From: Eledone cirrhosa
Taxonomy: Eukaryota
Length of the DNA: 64,000 nt
Reading direction: 5' to 3'
Assembly (NCBI GenBank): GCA_964016885.1
Contig: OZ024740.1
Span: 86,180,001-86,244,000 of the forward strand
A program made the translations under genes and the position numbers. Under the pieces are notes generated by a model. It searched no databases, was not told the DNA's origin, and saw only the letters and a list, made by a program, of their open reading frames with translations. Position 1 is the first letter of the stretch. The number at the start of each line of letters is the position of its first letter. Below are positions 19,216-37,380 of the stretch, in pieces.

Positions 19216-20499
19216 GTGTAATTGAAATATGTTGTATAGCCATGGATAGAATGTTCGCCCTCTTCTCGTTTCCGCTTACTTTCATGTTACTTATATATTT
19301 ATCTTATTGGGAAGATAATTAGTTTCATCTCACCATGAACATCTGAGACCATACATTCTTTCAAAAAATATTTGACATTTAGCTATTTAGATCTCCAGCC
19401 GCTTGGAACCTTCTTACTGCCTATGCTGTTATTGTTAATCAAGATCGAACAGATAAATGATGAAAAAGTGTTCCAAATGGGGACATTCTGTCTTTTATCA
19501 GTGTGTCTGGAGATATGACTCAATATAGCCTTTCATTCTTAACACAGTAGGTTATGAGGTAAGTGAGGTTTGGTTACTATTTTGATGATGGTCAAGTGAC
19601 TACGTAGAGGTTCTTTCACTTGTTTGGCGCAGCTATAGTTTTCATTATTTAGTTCCAGCTCGGCTCCAATCAAGCAGACGTAAGATGAACATTATACCAG
19701 CCGGGGCCATAATGTTTTTTCTTATGATATGGCTTATCTAAAACTACATTCTCACTACATCGAATGTATCTTTCCTTTCTTAACATTGTAGAGTGGGATC
19801 TGTATGCTGTTTCAAGTTGGTCAAAGACAATGTAGGTACCATCTTATAGACATTGACCAACTTCAACAAACTTACCAAATTGTAAGAACTTGCACAAACT
19901 ATGGTCACTACTTCCCCACTTTAGAATAAATAATAGTGAAACAAATCCTCTTTTAAAAGATAAAGATCCCGGGAGTAGAAAGTTGAAATACATTCTATAG
20001 ATTGTATTGCCTAGTTTTTGCGTTGCTTGACTAAATATATTACATGGCATTCAATAATCACCAGATTTATTTAATCACCTACCACCCCCAGGTGTTATGG
20101 CTGAGTCATATTTCTATTCATATATTTTGTTGAGTAGAAGCATCTTCGATAAGTAATTTAGGATCTCTCTAAACTTTAGTGGATTCTGTAGTAAGTTGCT
20201 AATGTTTATAGTATCAATATTCAAATAAAATAGCTTTCTATCTCGGTCTATATTATACAACGTGTCATATAGTTTTAGGGATATTTCGCAAATACCCCTG
20301 GCAGGACAAACAATCTACTTGAGGCTCTCCTGGGCCTCTTTATTTCACTGTAGGATGAAAAGAGTACACAGATATGTGGATGTAGAATAGTGAATATCAC
20401 AATTTACGATTGGGAGAATGATGCGGGTGTTGAAGATCACATACCTTTAGTGAAGTGATTTTTCCTTGATAGGGAGAAGATACACTGTTGAATATTTGC

Positions 20500-21460
20500 T
20501 GTGAACATCACTACCATCACCACTAGCAGTCACTCCACCATTGGCATCAACAACTCTACAGCTTCTACAACCACATCCAAAGCTACAATTGCATTAATCT
20601 TCAAAACCACGATTGTCACCACCAACACGAACGCCACCACCGCCAAAAACACCACCAGCATCACGAACACTACAATCACCACCACGAATACCACCACCAC
20701 CACCACTACCCTGAAAACGACCACTGCCACAAGAATAACCTCAATAATCACTACATCTATAACTGTCGCCACAATAACAATCTCGAGTATCACCACGAAC
20801 ACTACCACCAGTAACAAGAGCAACACAAACAATTCCTCCACCACAACTACGAACAACGTCACCCCACCTCTACAATTCTATAAGTACCAGCACCATCAGC
20901 ACCAACATCAACAGTAACACCAACAATTCCACCCTCACCAACACTACCACCAGAACAATAGCAACAGCCACCAGCACCCCCCTCACCCCAATCAGCACTA
21001 GCACCACGATCACTAGCACCATTGCCATCCCAACAAAAGCTCCCCAAACTACAATCTCAACCATCCACCATCACCACCTTCAATATCAACTTCGCAACCA
21101 CCACCATCGTCACCAACATCAGTAGCAATACCAAATATTTCACCACTATAACTAGAAATACAAATATAATCTCAACCACCACCACCACCACCATCAATAC
21201 TAATTTCGTTACCACCACAACCACCACCTTCATCATCACCTCCATCAATACCAATTCCGTTACCACCACAACCACCACTACCACCACCGTCATCATCACG
21301 ATCATAAATACTAACTTCGTTACCACCACTATCACCAACACCACCATCAATACGAATTTTGTTACCACCACTACCACCACCTTCATCATCGCCATCATCA
21401 ATAATAACTCCGTTACCACCACCATCATCACCACCATCAATACCTACCACATCTTCCAAC
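20500..21460. repeat. Degenerate (ACC/ACT/ATC)n low-complexity tract
   Basis: Trinucleotide repeats give open frames on both strands. Confidence 0.85.
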
Positions 21461-21504
21461 AGGAATATCTCTCAGTAATTACCAGCACAGGAATATATTT
21501 AAGG

Positions 21505-21717
21505 GCTGAGGATTGGTAGTATCGGTAGAACATCAGACAACACGCTTTGTGGCATATAGTTACGTTCTGAGTTCAAATCCCACCGACGTGAACTTTACCT
21601 TCCATCCGTACAGGGTCGATGAAATAAAGTACCAGTAACGCACTGGAGTCGATTTAATCGACTCCCCACTTCCCTTCAGATTGCTGGCCCTGTGCCAAAA
21701 GTAGAAAGAATTATTAG
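21505..21717 (+). mobile_element. tRNA-derived SINE, near full length
   Basis: A-box-like tggtagtatcgg, B-box gagttcaaatcc, central ccttccatccgtacagggtcgat, 3' end tgtgccaaaagtagaaag. Confidence 0.85.
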
Positions 21718-22059
21718 CAAATTTATTGTAAACCAATTTATTGTAAACCAATTTTGTCACATTGTAACGCATATACAGCAAGAAAGGATTTGTGAGTTCG
21801 CTCAGCCTGCTAGAAATACCAGTCAATTCTTTCTAGAATCACATAGTAGCATCGAAATAAAACAAAGACACATAAGATAACGTAGCCCTAAATCTATGCC
21901 GAAATGGCAACGATTGGCAGAACTTAAAACCTTTTAATATGAAATCACCAAAAACTGCCCTGATACATTGTAACAAAACTATTCAACCCAAAGAGCATGC
22001 TTTTTTAAACGGGGCATTGAGCACCAGATTAGAGCACCAGATTAAATGATTTCTGCTAT

Positions 22060-22170
22060 TCGTTCTAGCTGTCTGCGATCTGAGTTCAAAACCCGTTAAA
22101 ATCAAATTTGCCTTTCATCTTTACGAAATCAATACAATAAGGTACCAGTCAAATACTGAAGTCGATTGTG
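22060..22170 (+). mobile_element. SINE fragment
   Basis: ctgagttcaaaacc...gcctttcatc...ggtaccagtc. Confidence 0.65.
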
Positions 22171-22791
22171 CCCCTCTCTCCGTTTTTGTCAGTCTTTCCT
22201 TCTCTTTCTGTCTCTTTCTCTCTCCCTCTCTCTTTCATGAAGAAATTAGCTGTATTCAGGTCTGGAAAAGGGATGCCCTTCACCAGATGACATTTGTCAC
22301 TGCGGCACTCCTATGTCTCCATTAGAAGATAAGGATCCATTCATCATGATTTCATTTTAGGAATTCTTCTGACGTAATGTTCTAAATATCAACTTACTAA
22401 TGAAAAAAATATTTGATTAAATTCTTCCAAAAGGTTTGGTTATTTTGAAAATAAATTCAAAATCATCTGTAGTATATTTCATTAGAAATACAGCTTTGAG
22501 AGGGTTAAGCGCAGCTCTACTTCATCAGAAATAAACTGGGTCTAAATAAAAAGGATAACGACGACAACACAATGTGCACACATATAACATTAGGCAATAT
22601 CTTCAAGTGATCCATTATATCGAAAGAAACATTACTATGTAAGAAATATAAATTTAGCATTGGTCTAAAATAATTATTGGGTTATAACCTAACACATTTA
22701 ATATTGCTATTCAGAAATATGGAGCTAGATCGTAAATCTAATCATGGAGTATAATATATATATATATATATATAATAGAAGATATAGACTA

Positions 22792-22871
<80 letters not shown>

Positions 22872-22994
22872 TCTGTGTTGCTAAAATCTATTTAGCACAA
22901 TAAAATAGATACTTTGTTTCCCACGTAGAAATAACTAAACTAGGAATTAAGTTATCGTTCTTCGATGCACGTGCGTTTTTCACAGGAGTGCTCT

Positions 22995-23225
22995 GGTACA
23001 CCCAAACTGCCTCCCTTCTTCATCAAAAACAGAGTTCGACCTGGCAGCCAAACTGAATCTAGTTCCGATAGGTTTGAATCTATAGTAATGGAGAGTTCCG
23101 ACGTTCTTGGTTCCGGAACCACATCTCTTTTCCCTGCTATCGTAACTGAATTGGCCTTATAAGGGTTATTCGAACGCGTCTTCCTCCCTCCGGGGTAACG
23201 CTTTCTCTATTATATAAGCCGGCAT
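22995..23225 (+). pseudogene. CRE-like RLE relic, same family as 13150-13410
   Basis: FESIVMESSDVLGSGTTSLFPAIVTELA parallels PIAVETSGVLGPMATSLFTTIGTELA. Confidence 0.55.
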
Positions 23226-23344
23226 GCGCCTGGGTTTCTGCAGGTCGGAGAGCGTTCGCCTCTATTGTCCAGTCATATATCATTGCCGTAGATGTAGTGG
23301 TGGTCTGTGTATTCTTTTTGGTTCTATTTGTATTACGTCTCTTT

Positions 23345-24185
23345 ACGTTCTGAATTCAAACCCAGTCGATGTTAGCCGTGCCTTTAATCCATACAGGATC
23401 GATAATGTTAAGCACCATTAAGGCACTAGGATCGATTTAATTGACTTTATTTCCCTCCAAAATTGTTAACTTTGTGCCTAAATCAGAAACCATTATTTGT
23501 ATTACTTAACAGTACTACAGTATAACTACAATCACTGTCTGTCTGAAGTGTGTTTACATTTTACCTTCATCGACCGCTTCCTTTATTGCTGAGGTCCTGG
23601 GACTCGAAATCAGGGTAATCCGTTGAAATATCGCTATCCCAAGGTACCAGGTAGATTTCCATGTCCTAATTACATATTATATGTTTTTGAATATGAAGAG
23701 CCGGTAACAAATAATGATAAACATTTGTCAGACACTCTAACAGCCCTGTCAACCCATTGCCTATTTTTCCAAATTAAAATAATTGTTTCTACTTTTGACA
23801 CAAGGCCAGCAATTTCCCAGTACATTACTGGTACTTTATTTTATCGACCTCGTAAGGATGAAAAGCAAAGTTAACCTCGGCGGGATTTGAACTCAGATCA
23901 TAAAGGGAGGTAACTATGCGTCAAAGCATGGCGTCCGACCCTCTACCGATACTGCCAATTCACCGCCCCGAATTAAAATAATAATTTTCTCTAGCATTGA
24001 CATAAGTCTTGCAATTTGGAGGAAGGGAAAAATAGGTTACATCGACTATAGTACTTTATTAGTACTTTATTTTATCGAGCTCAGAAGGATGAAAGGGAAA
24101 GATGATCTCGACCGGATTTGAACTCAGACCGTAAAGAGCCGTAACAAATACCGCTAAGCATTTGTCTGAAACTCTGCCAATCGGC
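23345..24185. mobile_element. Cluster of three SINE copies (about 23345-23497 +, 23778-23970 -, 23985-24185 -)
   Basis: Same consensus as 21505. Confidence 0.75.
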
Positions 24186-24459
24186 CACATGTATAGTAAT
24201 TATTATGTCAATTTCTTTATTAACTACAAAGTGTTTACAGAATGCACATTAAGGATGGTAAAATACGATACTGTATGGCTTTATGGAAACGTGTAAAAAA
24301 ATGGAAATATCCAAATCAAAATACAAAATCAGAATCATTTATGAAACAGAATTTCTCATTAGAAGGGAGACTTATAAGTGTCACTCATGGAAAAAGCCAC
24401 AAAAGTCAGTCAATCTCAGTGCCATCTCCGGTTTACTCCTAAAATCTATAAATGCATTC

Positions 24460-25800
24460 TCAGGGTAGGCCCTTCTCTCGAACCATACCCGCCACTCTAA
24501 TCCATATTTCAACAAATTTGCCGGGAGGCAATAAATCTCTTCTTTGCTCTCAAATATTTTTCAATTTAAACTTTCTATGAATTGGCCAAAGAGGAATATG
24601 TCCCTCTTTAGTCCTTCCAACTCTGTGCGCCATCAACATCTTTCACCTAGACCGTAGCGATCAATTGAACAAAAGGACACTGAAAAACCGTATACATTAG
24701 TTTGGAATTGAATAGCACGTGCTCATCGTTCTCTGCTGACGACAGTATTGTGTTTGGTCCCACGCCACGCATCTGCCGCTTGGGCCAATCGAACAGCTTT
24801 CGTTGCTTCGTGTCTTTGGATATGTGTATTAGATCTTACAATGCAGCCTTACTGCATGGCGTTGAGAAATTAGTTAAAGGCCAATCTAGCAGGAAGCACG
24901 TCGGTCGCGATACCTTTCCTAAAATCCATTTCTCTTCATTTAGTACCATACTAAACCTTATCGATTCTACTTTGATCACCATTTTCAGCGTGAAATACAA
25001 TTTGTTGTTGACAATTGGTTCCGTAACATCTCCTTAACTCGTTCAATAATCCAGTCACTGTAACCTTGTGTGATGGGAAAAATACGTTCAACTTCCAGTA
25101 ACTCGGTCCTTACATACGAATCTTATTTAGGTTATCCTTGAAAATCGCAAATGTGTTTTCTGTGTAGTCAACTACTTTATATAATGGAAAAACTATTCCA
25201 CCCCTATCTACTGAATCCCCCATCTAGATAGAATATTGTAATAAGTCGAATTGATCTGATATAGAGAGACTATCTGGATAACCAGTTCACAATGGCAAAT
25301 TCGAGAAATCCAGTCAGTAGCTCTTTGTTAGAAACGTTTAAGAACATTTGTGAAGCTCTTGTACGATTCTTTCCTTTCTGCTATCCCCTTACAGTACTAA
25401 CATGCATCCAAAGTTTTGTCCCAATCTTCTAATAACATTATTGAGCGAGATGTACCCAGGAAAGTGTGTAGACACTTCAAGAAATTTGACTGTTCCACTC
25501 CTGTTAGGCGTAGAGGTCTGTTAATCTGAAGGCATGTAATTCGCTATTTGTCATGTCCATCACCACTGACTAACCATCTGGGTCGAGGAAGAAGGTATAC
25601 ATTGTGAGATCTAGATCTTTCTTATACAACAGCACGACTCCACCTCCGGATGTCGCGACGATTCGGAGATGTATAGACCTGATCGCCGGAGATGCAAAGT
25701 CTCATGCCTCAGAAATTCAGGTCTCGCCACCACATCTGTCTATCGTAACCTGAGGTCGTTCAACAGGCATCATTGCTTCCAAGGCGAAAACTATTCAAGC
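24460..25800 (-). pseudogene. Decayed Tx1/L1-type LINE, APE endonuclease region
   Basis: Minus strand encodes LLNDLR, GGGVVLLYK and YWKLN (about 25095), with stops and frameshifts. Confidence 0.6.
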
Positions 25801-26058
25801 AAACTTTTCTAAGTATGGACTGCTTATCTTATTCTTGTGGACTAATGGCCAATTGTGGTATTCCCATGAAGAAGTCACTATGTTTAACTTTCCTCGGTGA
25901 TGGTGACGTTGCTGTTGGTGTTTGCCTTGTGGCTTTTAATTTTCTTCTTACATCTTATAGGTATTCATTTCTTCAATACACATATACACATACACACATA
26001 TACACCCCACCACACACACTCTCTCTCTCGCACACATACACGCACATATATATACATG

Positions 26059-26117
<59 letters not shown>

Positions 26118-26147
26118 ATATGTGTATATATATATATATGTGTATAT

Positions 26148-26226
<79 letters not shown>

Positions 26227-26676
26227 TATTCTTTGATTCCAGTGTGGACTACCTTGGGCCGAGTCTATATTGCAATTTGAGTATAACTCCATCCTACAGA
26301 AACTGAAATATATATACACACTCACGCACACACACACATATGGATATATATATATATATATATTCCTTTCATCCAGCGTTAATATATCAGACATACATTC
26401 CAAGTTTATTGTTTAATAATTTCTATTCGTAATAGTCTTATGCATTTATCTCTGACGAAAGAGTCCCTTAAATGTTCCTGTCCATTCCTCGTTTTGTTAT
26501 CGTGTCATGTGTATATTTACCAACAAAGCGGTTCTCCAATGTATGCGGCACACTGGCATTACAAGTGCAATACTACCGTAATGCCCGAAATTGCACTCCA
26601 GCAAGCTGGCTGACAAGGTAGGGATGTTGTTTTCTGTTAATGTTATGTAACTTTTTTTCTGTATGCATTTACCGCA

Positions 26677-26717
<41 letters not shown>

Positions 26718-26723
<6 letters not shown>

Positions 26724-26875
26724 ATGTATGATCCCGATGGTGGAGCTCAAGCCGTTTCGACGGCTATTTCTGGACTCTGGTCATACATTTTCCTATTACC
26801 CACTCTACTACCCTAAGTATTGAGTACTCTGATGCGTTATGGTCCATCTGGTTCCTTACCACACCTCTTTCGTTA
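26718..26875. mobile_element. Family B short fold-back
   Basis: Short arm plus tail containing gtattgagtactct; lies in (TA)n. Confidence 0.7.
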
Positions 26876-26941
26876 TATATATATCCGGAAAAAAAAAATA
26901 TATAGTAAAAATAAATGTGATGCCTAAAATATATCTATATC

Positions 26942-27003
<62 letters not shown>

Positions 27004-27008
<5 letters not shown>

Positions 27009-27598
27009 ATATACTTTGGGAGGGTCATGTTGCCAATAAGAAACACACGCACCAGTTGCTTTCACTTCAGTTTATTATATATTTATAAATTTATAAATTT
27101 ACAAATCTACAAACTTATAAATTTCTGGTTGGTTGGTTGGTTCCACAACCTGATAGTTGTTTATATATAGTCATAGTCCTTTCGTCACACACTCTGTGAC
27201 CTCTTCAGTGACTGGGGATTCCTTTCTTTGTTTCTGTGGCTTTCCTTTCTTCTGTCCTACGCCATTTTCCACACAGAAACAAAATGGCGTAGGACAGAAG
27301 AAAGGAAAGGCACAGAAACAAAGAAAGGAATCCCCAGTCACTGAAGAGGTCACAGAGTGTGTGACGAAAGGACTATGACTATATATAAACAACTATCTGG
27401 TTGTGGAACCAAGCAACCAACCAGAAATTTATAAGTTTGTAGATTTGTAAATTTATAAATTTATAAATATATAATAAATTGAAGTGAAAACAACTGGTGC
27501 GCGTGTTTCTTATTGGCAACATGACCCTCCCAAAGTATAACAATATCGGTTTCAACACACGATTTCAGATAAAGAATCTTGCTAAACAAATTCAGAAA

Positions 27599-27601
<3 letters not shown>
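27004..27601. mobile_element. Family A fold-back (non-autonomous derivative of the PLE at 29369-34136)
   Basis: About 260 bp inverted arms centred near 27275, plus a tail of about 55 nt on the right. Confidence 0.9.
27336..27380 (+). ncRNA. Minimal hammerhead ribozyme (antisense copy 27169-27213)
   Basis: Stem I agtca/tgact, CTGAAGA plus extra G, stem II gtcaca/tgtgac, GAAA-ggac-TA. Confidence 0.75.
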
Positions 27602-27638
<37 letters not shown>

Positions 27639-27673
27639 ATAATAATTAATATATATATATATTTATATATATA

Positions 27674-27857
27674 TAGGAAACTGTTTGACCCCGATGGCAG
27701 AGCTCAAGCCGTTTTGACGACGACCAGAAATAGCCGTCGAAACGGCTTGAGCTCTGCCGTCGGGGTCAAACATTTTCCTATTACCCACTCTACTACCCTA
27801 AGTATTGAGTACTCTGGTACGTTATGGTCCATCTGGTTCCTTACCACACCTCCTTCG

Positions 27858-27860
<3 letters not shown>
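27674..27860. mobile_element. Family B fold-back
   Basis: Palindrome gaccccgatggcagagctcaagccg / cggcttgagctctgccgtcggggtc plus a tail of about 80 nt. Confidence 0.8.
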
Positions 27861-27941
<81 letters not shown>

Positions 27942-29202
27942 ACATATATATATACGTCAACTAAATTACTTCCTCCTTCCTTTATATACATAGATTCAGC
28001 TGGTATTTTACATTCCTCATGTATGTGTAGGTTCAGATAACATTCTACACAGACATACACACATACATAGCAGACCCTTACTCACAACACGTCCTCCATA
28101 TGCTCAAAATACATACAAACACACACTCACGTACAACATTGCTACATACAGTCTCACACCCATTCAGCTAAAACTCTTCACCTATCCTTAAGATTAAGTT
28201 GATATTTTGCGCTCATCATATATACATACATGCAGCTAATATGCTGCACTTATCCTTTATAAATATAGCAGCCATACAATGAATTCTAAAGAATCTTATG
28301 TTGTAATTTTCTTGTCGACATAACTTAATTTATCTTCAAAGCAGCAGGTTTCTCTGATGTGGTATAGTGTGGAGTGGTATCGTGCATTTTGTGGGCTGCA
28401 GTGGTCAGTGTATATTGAATAGGTTCGCTCTATGTATGAAAATTGTACTATGTATGAAGAGTGCTCATATATGTTCGTGTATGTGTACATATAGTATGTG
28501 GCGTGTATGTGTGTGTGTGATGTGTGTCTTTGTTATATATTTGTGAGCGTAATTGAATTTGTGTGTGTATATGCACTGCGGTAATGTATATATGCATGTT
28601 TTACTGTAAGTGTATATGTTGATTCCATATAGATTAATACAGGAATGTATAAGCATAATAGACGCACATACATACACACAAACACAAACACACACATATA
28701 TATATACACATATAATGATACAAGTGGTGTCTATATGCGTATACGAAAATGATTTTATATATATATACATATATATATATATATGGATGGATGGATGGAT
28801 GTGTGCAGGTGAATGTGCTGAAATGTCGGTTCTGTGAGAGAAACCATAGCGTTTCATTGTAACTCCTTGATGATGCAAGGGATAGCTATTCATGCCGGTC
28901 AGTTGACTTTATCTTGTAAGTGTATGCTTGAGGGAATATTGTAACATGTGGTTGGAAAGAGAGGGATGAGTAGAGGATAAAGGTAGCAGATGAGTTGGGG
29001 AAGAAGGAAGGAGGGAAACGATGGCAATGAAAGAAGCTGGATGGGGGTAATGTGCGGTTGGATTACATGAAATCAGGAAATCGTAGTAGTTTAAGTGTTT
29101 GAGAGAAGTTAAGTAGGCATGTGTGTTTATATATAAATAGCTACAACACAGGTATGTACGAGTATATAAAAATATATATATACATATATATACATATAAA
29201 CA

Positions 29203-34166
<4,964 letters not shown>

Positions 34167-34179
34167 GTAAAAAGTACAG

Positions 34180-34305
34180 CTGGAGCTCTGCTGTCGGGGT
34201 CATACTTTTTCCTATTTCCCACTCTACTACTTTAAGTATTGAGTACTCTGGTGCGTTATGGTCCATCTATTTCCTCACCACATTTCCTTTGTTATATATA
34301 TACAT

Positions 34306-34336
<31 letters not shown>

Positions 34337-34532
34337 TAACGAAGGAAATGTGGTAAGGAACCAGATTGACCAAAACGTACCAAAGTACTCAATACTTAGG
34401 GTAGTAGAGTGGGTAATAGTAACGAGTAGGACCCCGACGACTGAGCTCAAGCCGTTTCGATGGCTAATTCTGGACTAAAAATTAGCTGTCGAAACTGCTT
34501 GAGCTCAGCTGTCGGGGTCCTACTCGTTCCTA
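34180..34532. mobile_element. Two family B copies (34180-34275, and 34337-34532 fold-back)
   Basis: Same motifs as the other family B copies. Confidence 0.75.
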
Positions 34533-35139
34533 TATATATATATATATAAATATATATATATGGAGGAGGTTATAGTTCACTTGAAGCATTGTGTAATGAG
34601 GTATAAACGTTAGAATATGTGTAATAAGGCCAAGACAATGCAGATATGGACATAGAAAAAAGAATGCAATAGTGAGAGATATTGATGAGAATTCGTCTTT
34701 CACCTTGAATTTATTTAAATGTCCTTAATTTTCGAGATAATATCTCTTCTTCGGAGGGAAGTAAAAGTCTCAGACCAGCGTCTTAAATTTCCAATGAAGC
34801 CATGCTGACCGGAAATAGTATAGAGTTCTAACTTTAATATCAAAGAATTAAAATTAGGTGGGTAAAGAGTAGTCTCCCTTTAAGAGGGATTTGTTTATGT
34901 TTTTGTTGTGTTTTTTAAATTTTATATGCGTGCCTGTATATGTGTGTGGGAGAAAGCATGAAGGTGTAGGTATGTGGGTGTGTGTGTGTGAGTGTGGGAA
35001 GATAGGTCTAATCGTAAAAGTGGGGGGTAGGTGTTATCTGGTGTTAGAACTGGTTTTGTGTGTGTATGTGTGAGAGAGAATAAGTGGAGGTGTGCGCGTG
35101 CGTGTGTGTGGGGTGTGTAAAGTGGGGCTAGAGGCCCTA

Positions 35140-36219
35140 TCAGGTTATAAATTGGGTGTTGAGCTCTAGTCTATTATTGATTGGTGGATGTGTTCTATCT
35201 ATAATGAGTGCTTCCTTGATTCTAAGATTGCCGAGGTTTCTTTCTTTAGTTTCTATCCTAACTGTTATGTTTTTATCAGTGTTTTTGCATTTAACTAGGT
35301 GTTTCTTAAATGAGGAAGCGTTAGTATTGAGGTGTTCTTTTATTCTTATGTGGAGTGGACTGGTGGTGCTACCTACGTAGAAGTTGTTGCATTTGTCACA
35401 CTCTAGTCTGTAAACTACGTAAGCCTGGTGGCATAGGTCTGTGTCGTTGATGGGGCAGTTGGCTAGTCTGCAGCAGTTGTCATGTCTGGTGGAGTGTCTC
35501 TTAGCTAGCCGTCCACGCAAAGAAGGACCCGAATGGGCCAGTTGAATATCCAGACCTTCTCGTCTGATGGCTCTGCGGATGGCTGTTGTTGTTTCTTCAC
35601 TGAAGTGTGGGAGCTTCAGGAAGCAAGTGTTAGTGCCTCGGGTGTGGTGTCCTCTGTTCTTTCTGGCACGGTTTGTGGTGGATGTCGTGTATCCGTTCAG
35701 TTTGAGTACTTCCAGGAAATGTGTGGTGTGTGTGTCTCGGTCTCTGGCGTCGGTGCATTTGTTCTTGATACGTGCCAGTTCGTTCTTTATGTATCCGAAC
35801 TTGGCACCGAGTGGAAGGGCCGATCTGAAATGTACGAACAGGTCCCTGCTGGCGGATTTTTTATAGAAGCAAGTGTGGATGTTGCCTTCCTCTGTTACCC
35901 TGAGTTGGAAGTCCAGCAGGGATAGGGATCCGCGGTCATCGGGGTGTTCTATGCTGAACTTTATACTGGCGTCCATGCTGGAGAATGTTGTGTATATTTT
36001 CTCTGCCTCTTCACGGGATGATGTAAGGATGAGTATGTCATCTACATATCGGGTGAAGAAGGCATGGGAATGGCAGGTGTTGAGGGCTCGGCATTCTAGC
36101 TGGTTCATGTAAGTGATGGCCAGCAGGCCAGAGAGGCTGGATCCCATGGGTAATCCTGTTGTCTGTCTGTATGTGTGGTGGTGGAAGGTGAAGTACGTGT
36201 TGTCTACTGTGAAGGACAA
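35140..36219 (-). CDS. PLE reverse transcriptase C-terminal half plus GIY-YIG endonuclease (5'-truncated)
   Basis: YRQTTGLPMGSSLS, RYVDD, LSLLD, YVVYRLECDKC..FYVGST...RIKEHL, EALII. Confidence 0.9.
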   Translation of the reverse strand: MSFTVDNTYFTFHHHTYRQTTGLPMGSSLSGLLAITYMNQLECRALNTCHSHAFFTRYVDDILILTSSREEAEKIYTTFSSMDASIKFSIEHPDDRGSLSLLDFQLRVTEEGNIHTCFYKKSASRDLFVHFRSALPLGAKFGYIKNELARIKNKCTDARDRDTHTTHFLEVLKLNGYTTSTTNRARKNRGHHTRGTNTCFLKLPHFSEETTTAIRRAIRREGLDIQLAHSGPSLRGRLAKRHSTRHDNCCRLANCPINDTDLCHQAYVVYRLECDKCNNFYVGSTTSPLHIRIKEHLNTNASSFKKHLVKCKNTDKNITVRIETKERNLGNLRIKEALIIDRTHPPINNRLELNTQFIT

Positions 36220-36339
36220 AAGTTGGTGTATGTCCGTCGGTGTATGTCCGTCTTTGATATTAAAGTTAGAACTCTATACTATTTCCGGTCAGCATGGCTT
36301 CATTGGAAATTTAAGACGCTGGTCTGAGACTTTTACTTC

Positions 36340-36374
36340 CCTCCGAAGAAGAGATATTATCTCGAAAATTAAGG
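36340..36374 (+). ncRNA. Variant minimal hammerhead in the PLE2 pLTR
   Basis: cct-CCGAAGA-a-gagata/tatctc-GAAA-at-TA-agg; U4-to-C variant core. Confidence 0.5.
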
Positions 36375-36488
36375 ACATTTAAATAAATTCAAGGTGAAAG
36401 ACGAATTCTCATCAATATCTCTCACTATTGCATTCTTTTTTCTATGTCCATATCTGCATTGTCTTGGCCTTATTACACATATTCTAAC

Positions 36489-36620
<132 letters not shown>

Positions 36621-37036
36621 GTATGTATATATATATATATATGTATGGATGTATATATATACATATATGTATGTATGTATATATACATATATGTATGTAT
36701 ATATACATATATGTATGTATGTACATATACATATATGTATATATACATATATGTATGTATATATATATACATATATTGGAGTGGAGTTCGATTAACGCAA
36801 CATCTGGCGATTAGCGAACTCTAGACCTACCAGATCAAAGAAACAATTGTAAGCACTGTGAATAAAGCCTCTTCTCTCTTGAATTATATATGTGTATATA
36901 TGTATGTGTATATATATGTGTATGTATATATGTGTGTGTATATATATATATATGTATGTATATATGTGTGTGTGTATGTGTATGTATATATATATATATG
37001 TAATAAGTAATTTTTTTTTTTTTTTTTTTTTTTTTT

Positions 37037-37339
37037 GCGCGGGGACATAGAAATAATCGGGCTGGATGCCCGATCGCGCAGTTAAACCACTGGGAGTGAA
37101 GAACCCCTAGCCCATGTCAGGGTATTCTTCTAGGAGAAGGCATCTCAGGAAACTGGGTTAACTCCGATATAAAACCTGCGGCTCAGTAGTTACCGATGAT
37201 GTTGATCTTTTCTTCTTTTCGGGTTATAGCTACTGTCGCTCAGAGAGTGGGATTGGTTCAGTGCACAGTCTTTCCTCACTTTAAAAATATTCGTCACGCA
37301 CAGGCATTGCACGAGTGCATTAATAATTATTAATAGTGT

Positions 37340-37380
<41 letters not shown>

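Noticed and set aside
20501-21519. Mucin-like Thr-rich ORFs
   Set aside because: Trinucleotide low complexity open on both strands, with no supporting domains or splice structure.
27004-27601. Palindromes as assembly artefacts or DNA-transposon TIRs
   Set aside because: The arms carry substitutions, and independent copies share termini and match PLE ends. Read-level checks are still advisable for the spacerless one at 59537.
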